DNA of 13,374 bases from Rhodothermales bacterium (GTDB taxonomy: Bacteria; Bacteroidota; Rhodothermia; Rhodothermales; VXPQ01). The stretch is from the NCBI GenBank assembly GCA_040904565.1, contig JBBDTI010000004.1:1-13374 (forward strand), given 5' to 3'. Shown here one piece after another: positions 7,236-13,374 of the stretch. The translations under genes were made by a program, and so were the position numbers. Within the stretch, counting starts at the first letter, position 1. Every line of letters begins with the position of its first letter. The notes beneath the pieces are model-generated. The model worked only from the letters and a program-made list of their open reading frames with translations, searched no databases and was not told where the DNA came from.

Positions 7236-10200
7236 TCAGTTGTCCTGGGCGCCGTTGGAAATCCACTCCTTGATATCGTCGATGTCGGTTGCCGTCAAGC
7301 CGCCGTTGGGAGGTGGCATGTTTTCGCCGCAATTCTCCCTCGCATCGCCCTGAGGGAAATTTGCACAGTCAAGACTAGAGAGATTAGCGTTCTCGATTTT
7401 GTCGATCACGTAACTCGCCGCCGGATCACTGGGCGCCACCCGCTTGCCGGAGTTAAGCTCTTCGGCATCGACATCAACGAGCGAGATGTGCGACAGACCG
7501 CTCGAAAGATCCATGTCGATGTCTGTGAAGTTGGGTGGGTCATTGTGGCAAACGGCGCATGCGTTGGTGAGGATCTCGTTCTGAACGAGCGTCAAGGTCG
7601 CCGCGGGCGAGCCCACATCCTCTTCCTCAACGGTGGGCTCTTCCACACAGTTCTCCCCGAGACCTGATAGAGCTAAGGTCGGCTCTACGACGGCGTCGAA
7701 AAACGCCGTCAGGCGGGTAGGACCGAACGGGAATATGGCCGGCTGCGTACTGTCGTAGCTGCTCCAGAACCGATTGTAGGTGGCCAGCGCGTGCGGCATC
7801 ACCCGTTGGGTGCAAACCCGGAGATCCGCTTTCTGGGCAATACCGCCGTCCGCTTCGGGTTTGAGGAACTGATTAACGTCCTGAAAGCGGATGTCCCGGA
7901 CTCCCCCGCTGCCGTTATCTTCGAGGGGCCGGGAGGCGTGACAAACCCGGCAGGCAGGACCGACGACGTTCAAATACATGTCCCGATGAGCGTCGTTCGC
8001 GTCCCAGTTGGTGACCAAGAAGTCCTCGATGGGATCCGGGTCGCTACCCGTATACATCTCGTCGATGATCTCTTCGATAACGGCACCGGGCTCGGTGTCG
8101 ACAACCAGGTCGTTGAGCTCGAAGAACTCGCGATGTTGGTTGGTTTCCTCAAAGTCTAGCGGCACCGCGCCGTCCAGCACGTAGGTGTTGACGTCAAACG
8201 GCAGCATGACTGCGCCCATCTTGACGTCGGCCGGGGTGCTAAAGGCCGGCACGCCGGTGTTGAATCCGGCGTCATAGGCACCCCCGTGACAGACCATGCA
8301 GAGCTGGGGAATCGGCCGGGCCCCTCTGTTGTCGAGGTCGGCAGTGAAGAGCGGGTTACCGGCGGCGTCGTAGACGTAGAATTTGACGACGCGCTCGTTG
8401 TCGGATATCACGATCGGCGCGTTGGGATCATTTGGGTCGGCGCCCGCATCCGGATCATAGTAATTGTACGGCGTGGCCGCTGGATCCTCGATCCGCGACC
8501 ATTCCATGGCCACCGTCGCCACCAACTCGGCCGAATTCTGCGTGACGGCATTTTCGAAGTCGCCTTCGTCGTCGGACTCGTAGCTCCCGTAATTCGTGAC
8601 GTAAAATGCGATGTCGTACTCGTTATCGTTCGCCAGCGTCCGTTTGCCGTGCATGTCCCGTCCAAAGCCCAGATCCACGGCGTTTGCGTACGCAGCTCGC
8701 ACTTCGTCGACCGGCCCGTAGCTTTCCTGAATCAGCGTGTTGCCGTCCGGCGCAAATCCGTTCGTCTGCTTAAACTCCGTGAACGTCTTGCGGAGACCAC
8801 GGGGGTCGATGGTGCCGTAGTAATCAATCGTGGCGTCCTCCAGGTTGTCCTTGAGCGTCTGGTCGAGCACGACGTCCCCTTCCTGCACCCTGCTCGCGGC
8901 AAGCGAATACAGGCCGTGTAGAAACGCGTCCGCTCCGGGCTCGGGTGCGTCCACCTCGAAGAGGACGACCTTGGTCTCGCACTCCGCATAGTTCGGCCCC
9001 GTCGGGTTTCCGCTCTGCGGGCCGTTCGTGTTGACGCCGAAAACACCGTAGGGGACGCCGCCATCCCCCACGGGTGCGTACGGCATGAGTGTGATGTCAG
9101 TGTCGTTCGGAAGATTGATGATCAGGTGATAGACGCCGTTCTCATCGATTTGCTCGTCTCGGACCCGAGGGGCCGATCCGCCCCCCATGGGCACCACAAC
9201 CTCTATTCGGTAAGGCGTCGGCAACCCTTCGCTCTTAAATCGCACGCAGGACTGTCCATCCTTCAGTACGTCCGCGTTGATCGTGGTGAAATGGCCCACC
9301 TGTCCCTCGTAGAATTGTCCGGATGCGTCGAGCGTCATTGTTCCGTCGGTGCGCCAGAGCCCGGCCGTCTCGTCGTAGATCATCTGGGGGATCGTGGTGG
9401 GGATGGATCCGGGAGCGGTCAGCTGCACGTCCGGCACGGGAATCCTCAGCCCGGCGTTCGCCCCGGGCTCGATGTTGTAGCTTTCGCCCCCTGCCGAAAG
9501 CTCCACGAAAACTGCGCCGAAACTGTCCATCGTACGCGGCTCGCCGGCAGCGTTCAACGCCGAGTAATCGCCCGGCATCGAATTCGGTTCAAGAAGATCC
9601 ACCGTGCCGATGGCCACGTCGACCATTGTGCCAGACGGTGGTACGTTGCCGTCGTCGTCTACGATGGAGTTAGCGGGTATGAAGACCTCACCGCCTGGCC
9701 CGCACCCGCGTTCTCGCCGCAGATTCATGACGGAGGCTGGGAAAGGTGACTCGAGACTGTCGCCGATCGCGACGACGCGGCCTCTGCCATCCTGGATCCG
9801 TACTCTCTTGCGCGTTCCAAACGCATCCCAGTCGATCCGGCTGCTCGCAGGAATCGCGCACCCGATCTGCTGATGTACCGAGTCCGCGATCGTATTGTCG
9901 ATCGTCGGATCGATGCTCGTCACGGTAACCGGGCGCATTGTCCAGCGGCCCCCGCTGATGCCGGCCCGATAAATGCGGGAGACCGGTGCAAATCCCTGCC
10001 TGCGGATATTCAGGACATAGCGTGGCACTCGAGTGACCCGCGCGCTGAAATATCCGTTGCTGTTCGTCGTCGCTGTACCATCGCCGACCGCGACCTCGGC
10101 CCCGGCGACGGGCGCTCCGAGAACGTCGAGCACCTGGCCCGAGAAACCCTCGCCGTTCGATCCTGTGGACAGCTTCAGCACCTGCCGGTCGTAGCCTCCC

Positions 10201-11339
10201 TTTCGATCCGTGACGTGCACATAGACGCTGTACAGCCCGGGTGTGTTAGGCAGCGTCCACTGCACAGTCGATCCCGTCGTGGCACTGAGCATGCCCGACC
10301 CCCGGTCGATGCGCCAGGTGTATTCCAATGGGTCGCCATCCGGATCGCCCGACCGCACGACGAGATCGACGACGTCACCCGGATTAGGACGGATCATTTC
10401 AACCCCGCCGACGGAGCTGATCACATCCTCGATTTTCGGCGAAGAATTTCGCATCGTAATATTCACCCGGTGGGTCACACCGGTGATCAGCTTCTCACCG
10501 CGAATAGACCTTGCGGCGCGCCCCTGGTCGATGGACGCCACGACCTGCAGGTGGCCGGCTGAATCCGCCGGGACGCTGGGGATGACGTATCGGCCGAAAT
10601 TGTTTAAGGCTGTCTCGTAGAGAACGGTGTCGCCGAGATCCAGTACTTGCACCTTGACGAAATTGTTGACGCTAACGACCGGCTCGAGGAAGCGAATCGA
10701 ACTGCCGTCGCGCAGGGATACGGTTCCGTAAATGGAGACGCGTGTGCCCTGATCGGTAATCGCCCCGATGCGAACGTCGCCGATATTAACGGGGCGTGAA
10801 TCCACGGTGATGGGATCCGGCAGGCACCCGGAATTGAAGCCGTCTCTTTCCCAGCAAACAAGGTAGTCGCCCGCATCCTGCGGCGGAAAGTCGAAACGCC
10901 CGCTGAGATCGGTCAGCACGGAATCGACGTCGGCGCCGGTAGACGGATTCCGCAGAAATACAGACACGCCCGGAAGATAGATCTCGTGCGCCACTGAATC
11001 TCGCGGCTCGTGCGCGAGATCGGGTCGAAGCTGCGTTAGCACGAAGCCGCGCACGTATTTCTTGTCGCTCAACTGCCGGGTCGGTGCATCCGGCGGAGCC
11101 TGACACCCAAGTTGCGCGCCCACACTGAGGACTAGAAGCACCGCGGCGAAATTGCACCAACTCCTGCCGTTGCGATGCTGGTTCCGCGTGCTTTCTCGGG
11201 CCCGATTGGGTTGTCTGGGGTCTGAAGGTCTGTTTGACTCTGCGCTGTAATCGTCGCCAGCGCGGTCGGCTGAAGTGCGGAGTTGATTCATTATGGTGAT
11301 CCGTTCTTTGGCCGCAGTGAAGCCGCTATCCCGGACCAA
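7236..11339 (-). CDS. Large multidomain putative surface lipoprotein and triheme c-type cytochrome (1367 aa from TTG; more likely ATG at 11291, 1351 aa)
   Basis: Hydrophobic segment and lipobox FAAVLLVLSVGAQLGC (Cys codon 11105-11103). Carboxypeptidase-regulatory/prealbumin-like repeats (LPGVSVFL...TDLSGRFDF...AGDYLV; FSGQVLDVLGAPVAGAEV...TTNSNGYF). Ig/PKD-like domain (DPDGDPLEYTW...PGLYSVYVHVTD). ZU5/FAM171-like region (IPANSI...MPGD...MDSFG...YDETAGLW...HFT). Heme motifs CMVCH (8286-8300), CRVCH (7938-7952), CAVCH (7545-7559). C-terminal RVAPSDPAASYVIDKI...MPP...LTATDIDDIKEWISNGA cytochrome c domain. Confidence 0.88.
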   Translation of the reverse strand: MVRDSGFTAAKERITIMNQLRTSADRAGDDYSAESNRPSDPRQPNRARESTRNQHRNGRSWCNFAAVLLVLSVGAQLGCQAPPDAPTRQLSDKKYVRGFVLTQLRPDLAHEPRDSVAHEIYLPGVSVFLRNPSTGADVDSVLTDLSGRFDFPPQDAGDYLVCWERDGFNSGCLPDPITVDSRPVNIGDVRIGAITDQGTRVSIYGTVSLRDGSSIRFLEPVVSVNNFVKVQVLDLGDTVLYETALNNFGRYVIPSVPADSAGHLQVVASIDQGRAARSIRGEKLITGVTHRVNITMRNSSPKIEDVISSVGGVEMIRPNPGDVVDLVVRSGDPDGDPLEYTWRIDRGSGMLSATTGSTVQWTLPNTPGLYSVYVHVTDRKGGYDRQVLKLSTGSNGEGFSGQVLDVLGAPVAGAEVAVGDGTATTNSNGYFSARVTRVPRYVLNIRRQGFAPVSRIYRAGISGGRWTMRPVTVTSIDPTIDNTIADSVHQQIGCAIPASSRIDWDAFGTRKRVRIQDGRGRVVAIGDSLESPFPASVMNLRRERGCGPGGEVFIPANSIVDDDGNVPPSGTMVDVAIGTVDLLEPNSMPGDYSALNAAGEPRTMDSFGAVFVELSAGGESYNIEPGANAGLRIPVPDVQLTAPGSIPTTIPQMIYDETAGLWRTDGTMTLDASGQFYEGQVGHFTTINADVLKDGQSCVRFKSEGLPTPYRIEVVVPMGGGSAPRVRDEQIDENGVYHLIINLPNDTDITLMPYAPVGDGGVPYGVFGVNTNGPQSGNPTGPNYAECETKVVLFEVDAPEPGADAFLHGLYSLAASRVQEGDVVLDQTLKDNLEDATIDYYGTIDPRGLRKTFTEFKQTNGFAPDGNTLIQESYGPVDEVRAAYANAVDLGFGRDMHGKRTLANDNEYDIAFYVTNYGSYESDDEGDFENAVTQNSAELVATVAMEWSRIEDPAATPYNYYDPDAGADPNDPNAPIVISDNERVVKFYVYDAAGNPLFTADLDNRGARPIPQLCMVCHGGAYDAGFNTGVPAFSTPADVKMGAVMLPFDVNTYVLDGAVPLDFEETNQHREFFELNDLVVDTEPGAVIEEIIDEMYTGSDPDPIEDFLVTNWDANDAHRDMYLNVVGPACRVCHASRPLEDNGSGGVRDIRFQDVNQFLKPEADGGIAQKADLRVCTQRVMPHALATYNRFWSSYDSTQPAIFPFGPTRLTAFFDAVVEPTLALSGLGENCVEEPTVEEEDVGSPAATLTLVQNEILTNACAVCHNDPPNFTDIDMDLSSGLSHISLVDVDAEELNSGKRVAPSDPAASYVIDKIENANLSSLDCANFPQGDARENCGENMPPPNGGLTATDIDDIKEWISNGAQDN

Positions 11340-11741
11340 CCGTCGTCAAGCTTTCCTAATTCAACTGATAGAAGTGACCACACTCAGCTTGACTCTGCTT
11401 GGGATAGGTACCCCACGCAAGAGATGAAAAAAGGTCCTGCAAGACGGACGCAATACGAGCAGGTATCGTTCGATTCAAAAAGCGCGTGTAACGTCCCAGG
11501 CCGTGTGCAAACATTGAGAAGCTACCGCCCATCTGAGCAGGTTTTCAAGCGCCAATCCAGAACCACACTTTAGAAAGGCTACACCTGGGAAATGGATAAT
11601 ACGTCCCTCCGAGCTGACAAGCAAACAGCTCATCGACCTGGTCGTAGAGATCATGCCACTTGGCATGCAGACAATCATTCAGAAGCACCGGAAAGGCGAC
11701 CAGGCCGATTACCTGAGTCGTAGCGAGCCCTTCCGCCAAAC

Positions 11742-12221
11742 TCACCCCACCCGCCGATCCAGCGTCCGGTACTGAATCGCCTCGGAGATGTGCTCGGGGC
11801 GCAGCTCGGCCGAGCCCGCCAAGTCTGCCACCGTGCGGGCCACCTTCAGAATGCGCCCGTATCCCCGCGCGCTGAGCCCCAGCCGCTGGATCGCCATCTT
11901 CATGAGCGCGCGGCAGGCCGAGTCCATCGTGCAATAACGGCGTACGAGCCGCATCGACATCTGCGCGTTGCAGTGGACGTAGGCCTGGCCGCTGAAGCGT
12001 GCCCGCTGCAGCTCCCGTGCCGCCAGCACGCGGCGGAGCACGTCGGCCGACGACTCCGCCTCGGCGCGAGAGGACAGCTCGTCGAACGGGACGGGCGAGA
12101 CGTCCAGGTGCAGATCGATCCGGTCCATCAACGGCCCGGAAATACGCCTTCGGTAGCGCTGGACGTCCCCCGACGAGCACACGCATTCCTGGTGGAGCGA
12201 GCCCAGCATGCCGCACTTGCA
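11742..12221 (-). pseudogene. comM: 3' fragment (159 codons) of a comM/yifB Mg-chelatase-like AAA+ ATPase gene
   Basis: CKCGMLG...CVCS...YRRRISGPLMDRIDL...ESSA..RRVLAARELQRARF...NAQM...LGLSARGY.RILKVARTVADL...HISEAIQYR is the canonical ComM/YifB C-terminus. Similarity stops where AMNP should precede CxCG. Confidence 0.9.
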
Positions 12222-12245
12222 CCGTTGCGTCGACAAGTTGCCACC
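12210..12245. mobile_element. Probable integration junction (att hybrid site) of an element inserted in comM, extending rightwards
   Basis: ComM similarity ends abruptly at about 12222 and GC content visibly drops to the right. comM is an established hotspot for integrative elements. No integrase is present in the window. Confidence 0.6.
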
Positions 12246-12313
12246 TGCATCTCGAGGCGGAAATCCCTCCTCCTTCAGGGTATCCGACGGAATTGCGGAC
12301 CATCGGAGCCCAT

Positions 12314-12685
12314 ATGCGCAAGAAACGAATCGATTTGGGGCTTCGTCAGAGAGACGTTGCGACGCTGATCGGCGTGACCGAATCGACGATCTGGAACTGG
12401 GAGTGTGGCTGTGTAACGAATCCAGAGATTCATTACGGGCCCGCAATCATCGCCTTTCTCGGCTACGTGCCTATGAAAGATCCGACAGCGTTACGGGAGC
12501 AACTGCGCGCGTATCGCATGTTACGCGGAATGTCACAGAGGCAAGCCGCATGCGACATAGGTGTAGACCCGTCGACGTGGGAAAAGTGGGAGAACGAGAC
12601 TGCTACTCCACGGCTCAAACGACTAAGGGCCTGCATCTCGAGATTCGTAGTGCCGGTTGTCGAGAAACTCGAGTATCGTGGATAA
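12314..12685 (+). CDS. Tandem helix-turn-helix XRE/Cro-C1-like regulator (123 aa from ATG 12314; true start uncertain, frame open back through 12221)
   Basis: Two HTH_3-like units: MRKKRIDLGLRQRDVATLIGVTESTIWNWE and LRAYRMLRGMSQRQAACDIGVDPSTWEKWE. The protein-like GYPTELRTIGAH segment lies upstream of the ATG. Confidence 0.85.
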   Translation: MRKKRIDLGLRQRDVATLIGVTESTIWNWECGCVTNPEIHYGPAIIAFLGYVPMKDPTALREQLRAYRMLRGMSQRQAACDIGVDPSTWEKWENETATPRLKRLRACISRFVVPVVEKLEYRG

Positions 12686-12991
12686 TACAGTCTTCTTCTT
12701 TCGGCCTACCAACAGGAATTAGCGGACGAACGTTTCGCGGACAACACGCTGCATCCACATTCTTCCTGAAATCGATATCGATCCCTCCCAGCATCCTCAC
12801 TGATCTATTTAAACCTCGGATCGCAAAGGAGGGCCTCGTTTACGTCGGTCGAGAGAGTAAACGGGGTTAGCCAGGCGTGAGGGATATGAGGAGTCACGTC
12901 GAGCTACGCCTCGTAATTCCGTCCCGAGGATAACCGAAAGTGTGGTCGGAAGACTGCTGTCTCAATATCGGCAACTGGATACGATTAGATA

Positions 12992-13020
12992 TTCAGCATA
13001 GATACAAAGACGAATATAAT
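12992..13020 (+). promoter_or_regulatory. Possible sigma70-type promoter for the lipoprotein gene
   Basis: Perfect TATAAT at 13015-13020 in an AT-rich stretch about 100 bp upstream of ATG 13120. The -35 candidate TTCAGC at 17-bp spacing is weak. Confidence 0.25.
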
Positions 13021-13119
13021 GTGAGGCTATCGTGAATCAAGGGGGAGCACTTGTCTTTGCGACCATTAACGACTACGGTGAAGAAAGCACATCTGAAGTC
13101 TGACGTACCGAGGTGTGGC

Positions 13120-13374
13120 ATGAACACGCTGTTTGGATCATGGCGGCGTCTAGTTGAGCACAGATCCGGGCCCACCACACTCATCGCCACTCTCTTTGCG
13201 GGTCTCTTGCTTACCGGTTGCCCGGATTTTTTAACGAGCGAAGATGATGGGCGCATCCTGCCGCTGAAGAGCATCGACGGTGTTCGGCTCGGCGACTCCA
13301 GGGAGCAGGTGGAAATGCGTCTTGGTGAACCAGATGCCGTCGCTATGGGTGATTTCCCAGGGGTGTTGCTGGAA
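13120..13374 (+). CDS. Putative lipoprotein, 5' part (85 codons, runs off the window edge; not in the supplied ORF track)
   Basis: RBS-like GAGG at 13110-13113 and ATG at 13120. Translation MNTLFGSWRRLVEHRSGPTTLIATLFAGLLLTGCPDFLTSEDDGRILPLKSIDGVRLGDSREQVEMRLGEPD... has lipobox LTGC (Cys34) and a G-x-S-x-EQV-x3-LG-x-P motif like BamE/BLIP-fold domains. Confidence 0.75.
   Translation, partial: MNTLFGSWRRLVEHRSGPTTLIATLFAGLLLTGCPDFLTSEDDGRILPLKSIDGVRLGDSREQVEMRLGEPDAVAMGDFPGVLLE

Noticed and set aside
7083-10620. Several 100-230 aa plus-strand ORFs inside the large cytochrome gene
   Set aside because: Antisense shadows expected from high-GC codon bias; none has recognisable motifs.
11518-11775. 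Stop-free plus-strand frame (…KWIIRPSELTSKQLIDLVVEIMPLGMQ…)
   Set aside because: No early start codon and no recognisable family; at best an unidentifiable remnant.
11999-12220. N-terminal part of the listed 228-aa HTH ORF
   Set aside because: Low-complexity Arg/Pro/Ala translation of the comM antisense strand; unlikely to be a real N-terminus.
12222-12446. N-terminal 75 aa of the listed 234-aa minus-strand ORF as part of ComM
   Set aside because: Not ComM-like (Ser/Arg-rich) and antisense to the HTH gene, so it is read-through across the junction.
12686-13010. Possible structured ncRNA (short stems such as CTCGTTTAC/GTAAACGGG)
   Set aside because: Only scattered short hairpins with no recognisable RNA family; covariation analysis would be needed.
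1-13374. CRISPR array, tRNA, rRNA or integron attC array
   Set aside because: No regularly spaced repeats, cloverleaf or rRNA-like sequence was seen by eye.

Overview
GC-rich bacterial accessory region with much mobile-element debris. Left to right: (1) an apparently intact 1531-bp IS4-family element (56-1586) with terminal inverted repeats, a 10-bp target duplication and a likely +1 frameshifted C-terminal tail; (2) a Uma2/DUF820 nuclease-fold gene; (3) an IS1182-like transposase fragment; (4) a 1040-aa secreted PVC-type CxxCH heme protein; (5) an IS1380-like remnant whose putative right end lies just upstream of that gene; (6) a ~1350-aa putative lipoprotein with a beta-sandwich stalk, a ZU5/FAM171-like domain ending in a candidate HF/T autoproteolysis motif, and three CxxCH heme sites; (7) the orphan 3' third of comM/yifB, broken at the NPCPCG motif, which probably marks an integration junction; (8) a tandem-HTH XRE-like regulator whose frame runs back through that junction; (9) a partial lipoprotein gene at the right edge. 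The most novel-looking items are the stalked, possibly self-cleaving triheme protein and the comM-junction/HTH arrangement. All family calls come from motif recognition by eye; no database search was run.
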